Shown: positions 38,801-48,318 of the stretch, in pieces
Layout: the number at the start of each line of letters is the position of its first letter
Position numbering within the stretch: the first letter of the stretch is position 1
IMG/VR virus record: IMGVR_UViG_3300028299_000003
Span: 12,632-76,631 of that record
DNA: 64,000 nucleotides
Strand: one strand, 5' to 3'
DNA from: a virus
Made by a program: the position numbers and the translations under genes
The notes under the pieces: generated by a model
Database searches by the model: none
What the model was told of the DNA's origin: nothing
The model's input: only the letters and a program-made list of their open reading frames with translations

Positions 38801-38932
38801 TTTAGATCCTTAATGAGTAGATTAGAAATTATGACAAGCATATTCCAAAGTATGTTAGAAGTTAAACGGATGGATAATCCAGAAGGCCTTAATTTTACAG
38901 AATCAACAAGAAGTAATTTCAACTTCGTCTAA
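35843..38932 (+). CDS. tape-measure-like protein with hydrophobic repeats
   Basis: 1029 aa; coiled coil, repeated Ala/Gly hydrophobic segments, PSYxWSxGVG repeats. Confidence 0.6.
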   Translation: MATIDQKFVEKLELFTNSLEQITELLKEQTKKDNTDVVNKLLKNMDEDRMSVVIEELKAVRTDLKEIKTDTKSIKSSIDELKKEKERNNLFNRIQDPENKDKIVDGIKVIGLIAGGVLAIGLAFKIVGEVDYLSVLSLSAGMVATGYAFTMISKNLKEQKLSLKDIFLTASVLPIMAAGLVISSAIFSRGLFTLTKEQGFTLVVISATMGMAMYLMTKAITDTKKVSEGKIETNLSSYMMLPVILPLIASGILISGWILSAVPTIAPSKLLSIGVITLIAGVSLWLMTKALSKTKKEGDGKDLKSNFQNYLALPVILPLIASGLVAASIIYLMMKTMSKDEAIDLLLTSAAIGASMLVMIPTIYLLSKTGLKPGDTAKMTLILPLIAGGIAVSSWILSEGIYDESKVPSYKWSLMTGLSFIVFGGSMFLLGKFLKQQEIIIGGLAVLGVAFVMMVASKIINDGSYKSFPSYDWSLGVGLSFLVFGGSMAALGWLSMIGGGLGMVALLAGGLATIGMSYVMVEVDRVISGGSYKKFPSYDWSKGVGLSFLVFGGSMAALGGLIITGIGAVALLAGAAAVWGLGELMVEVDDILSGGKWKKDSYPSEEWAKGVGTSLVLFAEAAGSSSIWDKVTDWIFGSNKDTMVGLATEMIKVAETLGSSTIWDKNLKHPSEKWAKGVGISMMYFAQIFEILDKVDIDSDEFGEESVNLIKGIEQVAVYLNDSKIKWDNISTMQKLPVWGDNVSKGISSFVKVLDEIDEASYGKNDINIFELTLDSIVSASTKLKGVSIGSINVSDVSKGISEFIKLLDELDEASYGRNDINIFELTLDSIASASKKLKGVKFDSIEGFTKSIKDLFEFTSNQSLTKGISIDEIISNFSKLGDINTSGIDNLSYSLKSVKDVLDNIDTVGLQKLTSFTNDMLVLSLIDESKLENFIETIDDKKSELIEILSLGRMGENVGGNFETTVVSRQIIQKDTEEKKQEEERFRSLMSRLEIMTSIFQSMLEVKRMDNPEGLNFTESTRSNFNFV

Positions 38933-38982
38933 AAAAAATTAAACATTTACATTTTTCTTTATATAATTTAAAAAAGCTAATT

Positions 38983-39474
38983 ATGATTAGTGGTATTATA
39001 AATTTCGTTAAGTATAGAAGACTAATAGAAAAAAATAAAGAAGAATTATCAAGAGAGTTTGGTGTAAAAATTGATAATTTATATCGTCTAGGAACAATAG
39101 TAAGTATTTCTTCTCAAAAATTAGAGTTAATGAGAAACTATAAAAATTCTGAATTAGATATTCATAAAGAATTAGATGTAGAAGTTAGACGAATAATATC
39201 TAAGATGGATCGTTATTTTATGCAGAAAAATTTAATAGAATACATTGGATTATATGATGTTCAACGAGTTGGAGAAAATTTAGTAACACTTGTTATGTCG
39301 TATAGATTATTGGGTATTGTTAAATTCGCTAAACGAATAAGAATAGTACAAGTAATATCAATACTTAGTTTATTTTGTGGGTTTTTTGGATTGATGTATA
39401 TGATACCAGGTGCTTCAATATTCTTACTGATGGTAATACTTAATTCTATACTATTTAAAAAACTTTTTATATAA
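38983..39474 (+). CDS. membrane protein
   Basis: Two C-terminal hydrophobic helices. Confidence 0.6.
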   Translation: MISGIINFVKYRRLIEKNKEELSREFGVKIDNLYRLGTIVSISSQKLELMRNYKNSELDIHKELDVEVRRIISKMDRYFMQKNLIEYIGLYDVQRVGENLVTLVMSYRLLGIVKFAKRIRIVQVISILSLFCGFFGLMYMIPGASIFLLMVILNSILFKKLFI

Positions 39475-39504
39475 ATAAGATATAAACAAAAAATAATAAA
39501 AATT

Positions 39505-39933
39505 ATGGCGAAAGAAGACTTTAAAAAATTATCGGATGATATTAAAGATCATTTTCTAAGTATAGAAAAGGAATTTAATCTTCCAATGGATATAACATTT
39601 CATTATCTATCAAATACAAAACAAAAACAATTAATAAAATTTGTTAAGATTCCAGATCAATACTCATGTGAAATATCACTGAATTCAGATATATTGGTGA
39701 TTTTTAATGAAGAATACTTTGATAATTTTGATGAAAAATCAAAAAAGATATTGATTGAAAAAGAATTAGATAGAATTGAATTTAACTTTGAAAAAGGTAC
39801 AATAAGATTAATAAATCCAAAGATAAATGTAAATAGTGGGTTTGTAGCGAAACATACCTGGGAATCTGTTGATAATGCGATTAAATTAGAAGAAGAATTT
39901 GAAAAACAAAGAAAAGAAAAAAATAAAGAATAA
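39505..39933 (+). CDS. phage metallopeptidase-like fold, catalytic motif degenerate
   Basis: DILVIFNEEYFD..ILIEKELDRI where HELxH would be expected. Confidence 0.4.
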   Translation: MAKEDFKKLSDDIKDHFLSIEKEFNLPMDITFHYLSNTKQKQLIKFVKIPDQYSCEISLNSDILVIFNEEYFDNFDEKSKKILIEKELDRIEFNFEKGTIRLINPKINVNSGFVAKHTWESVDNAIKLEEEFEKQRKEKNKE

Positions 39934-40175
39934 TTATGACATTTTCAGAATATATTATACAACAAAGAAGTTTGAATTTTTATTTTATATCTATTTATGA
40001 TATGAATAGACTTGGTTGTAATATGACTATTGAAGAATGGTTTTCGGATCTTTATTATGATTATAATATTCTTTTTCCACGAAATTAAAAAATTAATAAG
40101 ATAATTATGACAGATTTAGAAATCTTTAACAATTTCAAATATCTTTTAGAATGTTAATAAAAAAAAATAAAAATT

Positions 40176-41039
40176 ATGGAAATAAATAAAGAAGATTTAC
40201 AAGATTTTGTCATTAGTGACGAACAAACAAATCTAGAAGATAATTTTGGTGACCTACAAGTAACAACTATCGGTGTAGTTGATCAATTTGATTTTACTAG
40301 TGAAGATGAGTTTAATGTGGAAGAATCATTTGAATATGTTAAACACACAAAAAAACCATCAGAGACTAAGGAACTAGCTAAAAACCGAGAAGCAGATAAT
40401 ATAATCAAAGAAACAGCGTCTAAATATATTGATCAATCATATGTTGAAGCTATGAATAAAGAGTACGATAATTTAAGAGCGTTGTTAAAAAGATATGATG
40501 TCAATAGTGAATTAGTTAAGAATATGGTAGAAGAAGATAAGGATAAGATTTATGGTATCGCGGAATATTTGTTTAATAATTTTCAATCAAGATTAAACGA
40601 TATGAGTTTTTCTTTTGATTTGACTCGTGGTGAGTGGAAATTTTTATTCAATTCATTATTTCACAAAATTGAGTATGATCAAAATGAGGTATTTCAGGTA
40701 AACGAATTGAGAGAAAAATATCTTGATAATGTTATAGAGACAGTAAAATCATTAGATAAATCAATGGAAGATATTCCAACAGTTGTTGGTGTTGATTATC
40801 TAATTATTTTATATCACATAATTTCTAAGTATAAAGTTAAAGGAATCAGTTCCGAGTATTACGCGTATATTGGATTGTTAAAAAAAATCGCGGAAAGAAT
40901 AAAACTTTATAACGCGTACAATGTTTGGATTCAAAGACTCAGTTCAGACTTTCAACTATGGGGTGGTGGTTTGAGTGTGGATGAAGAAATTCTTAATGGC
41001 AGTGGTATGTCAGAAGTTCAGGAAACTCAAGAAGATTAA
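40176..41039 (+). CDS. hypothetical protein
   Basis: ORF track. Confidence 0.6.
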   Translation: MEINKEDLQDFVISDEQTNLEDNFGDLQVTTIGVVDQFDFTSEDEFNVEESFEYVKHTKKPSETKELAKNREADNIIKETASKYIDQSYVEAMNKEYDNLRALLKRYDVNSELVKNMVEEDKDKIYGIAEYLFNNFQSRLNDMSFSFDLTRGEWKFLFNSLFHKIEYDQNEVFQVNELREKYLDNVIETVKSLDKSMEDIPTVVGVDYLIILYHIISKYKVKGISSEYYAYIGLLKKIAERIKLYNAYNVWIQRLSSDFQLWGGGLSVDEEILNGSGMSEVQETQED

Positions 41040-41091
41040 AATAATCTTGGATTTTATCCACAAAAGCAATTTATGAAAATAAAATTAGATT

Positions 41092-41526
41092 ATGAAGATT
41101 AAAGTAGTAAATAAATCAAATAATGAAATACCAAAATACGCTGAACCTTTTTCAGCTGGTGTGGATTTAAGAGCAAATATAGATAGACCGATGATATTAG
41201 AACAATCGGAATTTTTTACAATTCCAACTGGAATTTATATTGAATTACCTAAAGGTACTTTTGGTATGGTGACACCTAGAAGTGGATTGGCTTCTAAATT
41301 TGGTATTTCAATTGTTAATTCACCTGGTATTATAGATAGTTCATATCGCGGAGAATTAAAGATTATATTAATTAATCATGGAAAAGAACCATTTATGATA
41401 AATAATGGTGATAGAATCGCACAATTAATATTGATGAATTATCAAAAGATTAATTTTGAAATAGTCGATAAACTTTCTGAAACTGAACGTGGTATCGGTG
41501 GTTTTAATTCAACAGGTGTTAAATAA
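41092..41526 (+). CDS. dut: dUTPase (trimeric)
   Basis: AGVDL, PRSGLA, GIIDSSYRGE, GDRIAQ, RGIGGFNSTG. Confidence 0.97.
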   Translation: MKIKVVNKSNNEIPKYAEPFSAGVDLRANIDRPMILEQSEFFTIPTGIYIELPKGTFGMVTPRSGLASKFGISIVNSPGIIDSSYRGELKIILINHGKEPFMINNGDRIAQLILMNYQKINFEIVDKLSETERGIGGFNSTGVK

Positions 41527-41551
41527 TTGTAAAAAATAAATTTTTAAAAAT

Positions 41552-41782
41552 ATGACTAGATTGGAATTTTTATATAAAGAATTGGGTTCATTAGTAGATG
41601 ATATATCAGAATTAGCTGGAACCGAATTTGAAGAGGTAGAAGAAGCGTTGGATTGGTTGAAAGAAGATGGAACAGATGATTCACTAGACTTTCTAGATAA
41701 ACTAGAATCTGTAATAGATGAAATAGATGAAATAGAAAGTGAATCAGATGTTGATGAATTTTTTGATGATGAAGATTATTAA
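41552..41782 (+). CDS. highly acidic small protein (possible DNA mimic)
   Basis: Very Asp/Glu rich. Confidence 0.55.
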   Translation: MTRLEFLYKELGSLVDDISELAGTEFEEVEEALDWLKEDGTDDSLDFLDKLESVIDEIDEIESESDVDEFFDDEDY

Positions 41783-41797
41783 AAAATAATTAGAAAC

Positions 41798-41828
41798 AAA
41801 AAAATCGGAGTAATTTCCGATTTTTTTT
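41798..41828. terminator. bidirectional intrinsic terminator
   Basis: AAAAAAATCGGA-gtaatt-TCCGATTTTTTT. Confidence 0.8.
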
Positions 41829-42153
41829 ATAAAAAATATCTGTAAACTTTTTCAGTATGTTTACAAGTATTATCCTTTCTGAATTTTAGACATTCACAAC
41901 TTAGTATATAATCTTCGTGTAATGTTAATTTTGTCGTATTTTCTTTATCTTTTATTAAAAATGTTTTTTTATCTCTGTTTATAGACATCTGATTTGTTCT
42001 AATCCAAACACTCATTAATTTACCTAACGTTATACTTTCATCTAATAATTGATACATTATGTAATCAATAACAACAAATCTATTACCACCATTGGTTCTT
42101 GTTATTACTGGTTTTGAGTGAATTATATTTGGTATTTTTGTTAATATATCCAT
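41827..42153 (-). CDS. SWIM zinc-finger protein
   Basis: CECLKFRKDNTCKH. Confidence 0.7.
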   Translation of the reverse strand: MDILTKIPNIIHSKPVITRTNGGNRFVVIDYIMYQLLDESITLGKLMSVWIRTNQMSINRDKKTFLIKDKENTTKLTLHEDYILSCECLKFRKDNTCKHTEKVYRYFL

Positions 42154-42734
42154 TATTCAAAAGTATTTGTATATACTTTAGTTATAAAATTTATTCCATT
42201 ACTGTTTAATTCCCTAGTTCCTATACCAGCGAAATTTGGTGTTAGTTTTGGAATATATGATATTTCTTTAAACCCATCATCTTCATATTTGAATAACATA
42301 TCTTTATCTTGGTCAAAAACAAAAATAGGATTTTCTGTGAATGTTTTAGCCAGTTCTACAGAATACCCCGTACCACCATCAACGACTTCTATTTTGGATT
42401 TATTCTCATACCTATTGCCCTTTTCACCTGGTTTTATAATATTACCAATCGCGAAAATAGATTCAGAATTTTTAACCTGAAACCAATTTCTAGAAAGAAG
42501 TTTACGAACATACCTAGAAGACCCAAATAATTGCCTACTCATATTATTAGAAACTACTAATACTTTCTCCCATCCTTCCATTAGTTCATCATCAGATAGA
42601 ATCTTTCTACTTGGAGATAAACATCTATGATCATCAAATGAATAAGCGATAGTGTCAACACCATATTGTTTTCCTGTGGTTTCCCACGCGATATCCGATC
42701 CGCGAGCTCCACCACTATGATTTATATATTTCAT
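42153..42734 (-). CDS. SLOG-superfamily-like protein
   Basis: HSGGARGSD, GGTG, FAGIGTR. Confidence 0.6.
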   Translation of the reverse strand: MKYINHSGGARGSDIAWETTGKQYGVDTIAYSFDDHRCLSPSRKILSDDELMEGWEKVLVVSNNMSRQLFGSSRYVRKLLSRNWFQVKNSESIFAIGNIIKPGEKGNRYENKSKIEVVDGGTGYSVELAKTFTENPIFVFDQDKDMLFKYEDDGFKEISYIPKLTPNFAGIGTRELNSNGINFITKVYTNTFE

Positions 42735-42947
42735 AATTATTTTTTTTTTCAAAATTATCAATTTGTTCTTGAAGTATTTTTTTCTGTAGTTTTTCCATTT
42801 CTTTTAATGTATTATACAGATTTTCAAAATCAAAAGTATAACAATCATCTAAAAATTTTATCTGGTATTTAATGTCCTCAGATAAAAGTTCGTATCTTTC
42901 AAATATTTCTTCCATTTTTTTTGTAAATATAAGTTATAAAATTTCAA

Positions 42948-43490
42948 TTAACAACTTTTCTTAAGAAGTTTTTTCAATTTTTTAGAAAAATCCCTTGATT
43001 TCTTTTTCAAATCCTTTTCATCACTATTATTATCTATAATGATATCATATTCATAATTTTCAACATTCATATCAGAATCGTTATTTGGAATAAACTCAAC
43101 TTCTTTTTTTACGAGTAATGTTAGACATAAATTTCCATAAAATTTCTTTAGTTTATCTATTTCTTGTGGTTCTCGTATATGAACAAAGTAAACATTAATT
43201 CTAGTGTCTTTATTATTTTTTACACAATAATCAGTATCTACTTTTATTTTATCTATAATATCATTAAATGGCCCATCATTATATTCACTCCAAATCCTTT
43301 TCAAGTCGGATAGAAACTTTCTAGACCTCTCTTCTTTTTTTCCATCCCATCCAAAACACAATTCCGCGACACTTTTTACCTTATCAACTGATGATAAGTT
43401 TTTTACTCTAAAATCAGAAACTTCTTTTACATAACTTACAAATTTGTCTTTTCCAACTTGGGAAGTTCCATTAACTATTACAATTATCAT
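42948..43490 (-). CDS. P-loop dNMP kinase-like protein
   Basis: NGTSQVGKD, WDGKKEERSRKFL, IIDNN. Confidence 0.7.
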   Translation of the reverse strand: MIIVIVNGTSQVGKDKFVSYVKEVSDFRVKNLSSVDKVKSVAELCFGWDGKKEERSRKFLSDLKRIWSEYNDGPFNDIIDKIKVDTDYCVKNNKDTRINVYFVHIREPQEIDKLKKFYGNLCLTLLVKKEVEFIPNNDSDMNVENYEYDIIIDNNSDEKDLKKKSRDFSKKLKKLLKKSC

Positions 43491-43654
43491 TTATCATAAA
43501 TTATTTTTTCAACAGGTACAGAATATTCGTACCATAGTTTATCGTTAGTTACACCTATTTTAGCGTTACAATCCTCACATTTTATAAATGTTTTATTTCT
43601 CTTAAGATTCTGTTTGTTACAAACAGGGCATTTTTTAATATCATCTAATTCCAT
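43487..43654 (-). CDS. small zinc-ribbon protein (not in ORF track)
   Basis: MELDDIKKCPVC..IKCEDC. Confidence 0.55.
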   Translation of the reverse strand: MELDDIKKCPVCNKQNLKRNKTFIKCEDCNAKIGVTNDKLWYEYSVPVEKIIYDK

Positions 43655-43935
43655 TATATTATATTATTTTTTTCACCAATCTTCATCTTCATCTTCATCA
43701 AATTCTCCTTCAATAATGAATTTACCATTTTTTAATTTTTCAGTTACTTTAACATCAAGTTCTCTTTCAACACATTCAATGAAATCTTCTTCTTCATAAT
43801 TGACGATACCATTATATCCGTTGATATACATATCAACAATGAAATCTATATCAAACATATCCTCAATAGAATCAGAATTCAAATATTTTTCTTCAATCAT
43901 TTCAATGATTTCTTCTTTTGTTTTTTTCATCTTTT

Positions 43936-44460
43936 TTATTTTTTATGTGGATTTATAATTACCCATAATCTTTTATTTTCTAATTTTGGTAATTGTTCAA
44001 TTTTACCAAGTTCAGTTAATTCTTTGACAAATTTAAGTAATAACACTTGTCCTTGATCAACAAATTTAATTTCCCTACCACTAAACATAACATATGCTTT
44101 CACCTTATCTCCATCCCCTAAGAATTTCTTAGCGTGATTGAGTTTGAAATTAAAGTCATGGTCACCAGTGTTATAAGTAAATCTAACCTCTTTGGTTTTC
44201 ATAACAGATTTTCTTTGATTTTTTTCCATTTCTTTTTCTTTCTGTTTCTTTTCATAAAGAAATTTTCCAAAGTCAGTAACTTTACATACTGGTGGATTTG
44301 ATGTTGAAACTATTTCAACTAAATCTAAATTTTTATCAGCAGCGATTTGTAACGCTTCCGAAATGTTAACTACTCTACTTTCAATGCCATCACCAACAAT
44401 TCTAACTTTTGGTGATCTGATTTTTTCATTTACTTTGATGTAGCTGTCTTTTTTATTCAT
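43936..44460 (-). CDS. infC: translation initiation factor IF-3
   Basis: NEKIR, LDLVEI, PPVCKVTDFGKFLYE, KEVRF, GDKVK. Confidence 0.96.
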   Translation of the reverse strand: MNKKDSYIKVNEKIRSPKVRIVGDGIESRVVNISEALQIAADKNLDLVEIVSTSNPPVCKVTDFGKFLYEKKQKEKEMEKNQRKSVMKTKEVRFTYNTGDHDFNFKLNHAKKFLGDGDKVKAYVMFSGREIKFVDQGQVLLLKFVKELTELGKIEQLPKLENKRLWVIINPHKK

Positions 44461-44492
44461 ACTGTTTTTATATTTTATTTTTTGTTAAATGT

Positions 44493-45176
44493 TTATATTA
44501 ATGTTAATAATTTTGGATTTGTTAGTATTACACTACCAATTCCAATATTTTTACATCCTATATCTTCTAATCTTTTTATGTCATCCAATTCAACCCATGA
44601 TGAACCAGATACATTGAATTCATTGTGTTTTTTAATAAATTCCCAATTATATCTTTGAGCTAATTTTCCAGATACCCCACCACCAAACATATTTACAGAA
44701 TTAAGATGAATTTCTTTTATTCTATTCATATCATAAATGTTTGGATTCTGATTGTAACTCAATTTCAAATATAAATAATGTTTTGTTTTTGGTATAATTT
44801 TATTTCGTGGATTTTTTACATTTGGACACGAAAAATTTAATTCTATACCTTTTATATCAAAACCATCAATCAAATTACACATTTCTTGGATTTCTTCGTC
44901 AGTACCATGTATTGATACTATCATATCCTTAGTATTTTCTACCTTTGGATAATAATTATCAATCCAATATACAATACCTGGATTTCTTAACATAATCTTA
45001 TTCCATACTGATTTTCCTAATGGTATGACAGCGAATGAAATACCACGCTTAGGATTTAATGTTATAGTTTTAGTAACAAACGGATATTTGGGGAATTTAT
45101 ATTTTAAGAAATTATGCCAAAACCAACCATTTCCATCATATCCCATCGCTCCACTTTGATAAAAGAAATCACTCAT
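44493..45176 (-). CDS. dihydroorotate dehydrogenase-like protein (short)
   Basis: VTKTIT, IELNFSCPNV, GGVSG. Confidence 0.75.
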   Translation of the reverse strand: MSDFFYQSGAMGYDGNGWFWHNFLKYKFPKYPFVTKTITLNPKRGISFAVIPLGKSVWNKIMLRNPGIVYWIDNYYPKVENTKDMIVSIHGTDEEIQEMCNLIDGFDIKGIELNFSCPNVKNPRNKIIPKTKHYLYLKLSYNQNPNIYDMNRIKEIHLNSVNMFGGGVSGKLAQRYNWEFIKKHNEFNVSGSSWVELDDIKRLEDIGCKNIGIGSVILTNPKLLTLI

Positions 45177-45549
45177 CTTCTATTTCAGGATTATGTTTTA
45201 TAAAATTCTCTAGATATGTTATCATATTCTTCAATCCAACATAGTTCGCGGTATGAAATTTCATTTTTGGTAATTTTAATCCATTCTCTAATGTATAATT
45301 ACAGACCCATTTCAACGCGTCATACCCTGTTTTTTCTTTGAATTCAACTTTAACATCATCGTCATACACAGTGTAATGTTCAAACGATAGGTCATGATCA
45401 AAACTTATAAGTCTAGGCATACCATTATCAGTAATATATTTTACAAATTCATCATAAGATTTGACAATTACCCATTTCAAATCTTTATGATTTTTCAAGT
45501 AATATGAAACATCGTGTGGTACTCTAATATCGTCAAGAAATAAGTTCAT
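45169..45549 (-). CDS. cyclic-phosphate processing receiver domain protein
   Basis: LFLDDIR, ISFDHDL, TGYD, HTAN. Confidence 0.8.
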   Translation of the reverse strand: MNLFLDDIRVPHDVSYYLKNHKDLKWVIVKSYDEFVKYITDNGMPRLISFDHDLSFEHYTVYDDDVKVEFKEKTGYDALKWVCNYTLENGLKLPKMKFHTANYVGLKNMITYLENFIKHNPEIEDE

Positions 45550-45838
45550 ATTGCAAATATACGAAGAAAAATTGTATTAAAAAAAATTTTAGTCAAATTC
45601 TTCAAAAACATCTTCTCTTATTTTCTCTTTTAAAACTTTTTTTTGTTCGTCAGATATATCATATTCTTCTCGTAATGATTCTAGATATATTTCAAACATA
45701 GAAATGATTTCTTTCTTTACATCTTCCATCAACTTTGATTTAAAAAAAACAATTCTTTTTTTGTTTTTTTTTAAGCTTTTAAGAATATTAGGATAATAAT
45801 TTATGACCATATATATAATAATTTAAAAATGATTTTTT

Positions 45839-46948
45839 TTAAAATTCTTTTTTATCATAACTAATATAATAATTATCAATATTAAAATATTTATCATAAA
45901 TATCATAAATTTGTTCTATTTTTATATCACCTATGATTGGTTCTATCAACCATTTTTTTGGTGTAACATACTTGTTTATATTACTATATCTATTTATATC
46001 TGATTTCCTATACATAATATCAAAAGATTGTTTAACAATATCAAATCTATCTTGTGTTATAAATTTCTCTTTGTTATCTAAAACATATTTAACTTTTTCA
46101 TAAAATTCATCAATTTTATTATCTTTTGTTTCTGATGAAATATTTACAATAGATGAATTATCCGTTATATGATCTAAGTAACAATTTATATAGTAGACTA
46201 ATCCATTTTTTTCCCTAACCTCCTGATACAGTGGAGATTTTAAACCATTACTAAGTAACGCGGTTGTAAAATTAACTAGTGGATAATTATCTAATATAAC
46301 AGGACTTAAATATATTATTGAAGTTTTGGATTTAAAAATATTCGTTTTCTGATATTCAAATTTATTATTTTTTAAATAATTGGTATTGTAATTATTATCA
46401 AAGTTATTAAATTTTATAGAATTATTTCTATATTTATTATATCTAGACACATTTATTATCATTGTTGGATTTGTGTAGTATTTATTCCTATATTCTATAC
46501 AATCTTCTAATGTTATATTTTCAATATCATTTACATCTCCTATTGGATTATAATTATCAAATAGTTTTCTATATAGATTTAAAAAATGTGCACTACTCTG
46601 TTTATTGAATGTATCGGAGTATTCCTCTAATATAATTTTTTTCTCATTTTCAAAATCTTCTTGTGTGATTTTAAAATCCAAGATTCTTTCTAGGTATCTA
46701 TCTTTAAATTTATGTAAATATTCAAATAATCCAGTTATATAAAAAACTATTTTAGTATCAGATGTATACGCGTTCCAACTTATACCATTTTTTTCAAATT
46801 CATCTAGTAAATCATCAAAATTTTTACATATTAAATGTTCTATAATATGTGATATACCTCTGTTTCCTTTTTTTTCGTTTTTTATAGTGCCATTGAATAC
46901 AACATGAAATCCTGACAAATCGGTTAAGCTTTCAATATTTAAAATCAT
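45839..46948 (-). CDS. M16 (insulinase-family) zinc peptidase
   Basis: GISHIIEHL, WNAYTS, EKKIILEE, LYQEVREKNGLVY. Confidence 0.9.
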   Translation of the reverse strand: MILNIESLTDLSGFHVVFNGTIKNEKKGNRGISHIIEHLICKNFDDLLDEFEKNGISWNAYTSDTKIVFYITGLFEYLHKFKDRYLERILDFKITQEDFENEKKIILEEYSDTFNKQSSAHFLNLYRKLFDNYNPIGDVNDIENITLEDCIEYRNKYYTNPTMIINVSRYNKYRNNSIKFNNFDNNYNTNYLKNNKFEYQKTNIFKSKTSIIYLSPVILDNYPLVNFTTALLSNGLKSPLYQEVREKNGLVYYINCYLDHITDNSSIVNISSETKDNKIDEFYEKVKYVLDNKEKFITQDRFDIVKQSFDIMYRKSDINRYSNINKYVTPKKWLIEPIIGDIKIEQIYDIYDKYFNIDNYYISYDKKEF

Positions 46949-47174
46949 CTAGTAGTAATTGTGTTTGTTTTTCTATTTATATATAAAAAAATGATATAGA
47001 ATTTTTAATTATTATCTATATATTTGATATTCCTTGGGTGTATAAATCTTACTCGATTATTATTTTCTGATTCAATACATAAATAGTAGTCTTCGGATAC
47101 CTTATTGTCTTTATTGAAGATGTTGACCTTATCTATTATGGTTAGTTTTTGCCCAGTTTCTGTTGTTATTTTTT

Positions 47175-48317
47175 TCATTTTAATATATCTATTATTTTTT
47201 CGTCTATATTTTCATTGTACTTTACAACATTATATGATATATTATTGTTTTTACAAAACTCTTTTTTTATTTTATCATTTTTTGTTAATTTTTTGAATGA
47301 GTGTGTTCCACCAAAATGTTCAATTATTTTATAATGATATTCCAAAGAAAACCACTAAATCTTTAGTTTAGTGGATGAATTTGGAAAAAATAGGCCTTTT
47401 TAATTTAATATATACATTTAACTAGAAATAGTTTGTTCTTTGATGTCTTGGTTCAATTGGTTCTACAATAAAATCTTGAATTGTAGGTAAAATCAATAAA
47501 GTATATAAAGATCAATCAACGAGTTGATCCATAGGAGCCTAAGTGTTAAATGTCACCTGTGCCAACCGAATTAAATTTAAAATAATATCGTACGGGACAT
47601 ACGATTCGAACGTGGAGCAAAAATAAGACCTGAATTCATTTAGGCATAAGCTATGAAGCGTTTAAAGAGACGGATCAATTTGATCCAGAAACCACTACAT
47701 CTTTTAGTGTAGTGGTAGTTCATAAATTCATAAATGTTAATTCTTCTGTTATTAGAATCACATTGTTTACATCCACTACCAACTAGATGATTACTAGGCA
47801 ATTGATAAAATATACCATGTGTGGGGCATATTATTTCTACTTTTGTTCTATTGTTTTTATAATCAACTAATGAATAATCGTATTTATTATTGTGTATAAT
47901 TAATGATCTCTCTATAAATTTATTATTATTTAATTTTTTATTTTCACACTTTGGACAATTTTGTCCTCCGATATGATTACTATGTAGTTGTTCAAATACA
48001 CCATGTATAGGACAAATAATTTTTATTTTTGTTTTTGAGTTTTTATATTCAACTAATGAGTAATCATACTTATTTTTGTGTATTATTTTACATTCATTAA
48101 TGAAGCTTTTAGTATCAAATTTGAATCTTTTTTCTATTGAACATTTTGGACAATTTTGTCCACCTATATGAGCGTGATATAATTGTTCAAAAATACCATG
48201 TGTTGGACAAATAATTTTTATTTTTTTATCAAATTTTTTATATTCAACTAGTGAATAAACATACCTATCACCATAAACTTCTTTACATTTTTTAATTATT
48301 GTTTCATTACTGTTCAT
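47175..48317 (-). pseudogene. homing endonuclease disrupted by a non-autonomous IS605 derivative
   Basis: Repeat modules 48317-47724; C-terminal EYHY..FGG..NDKIKKEFC at 47342-47175. Confidence 0.75.
47343..47723 (+). mobile_element. non-coding IS200/IS605-family derivative
   Basis: Left end CAAAGAAAAC plus hairpin; right end GAAA-hairpin-TAGTTCAT; no ORF. Confidence 0.85.
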
Positions 48318-48318
48318 A

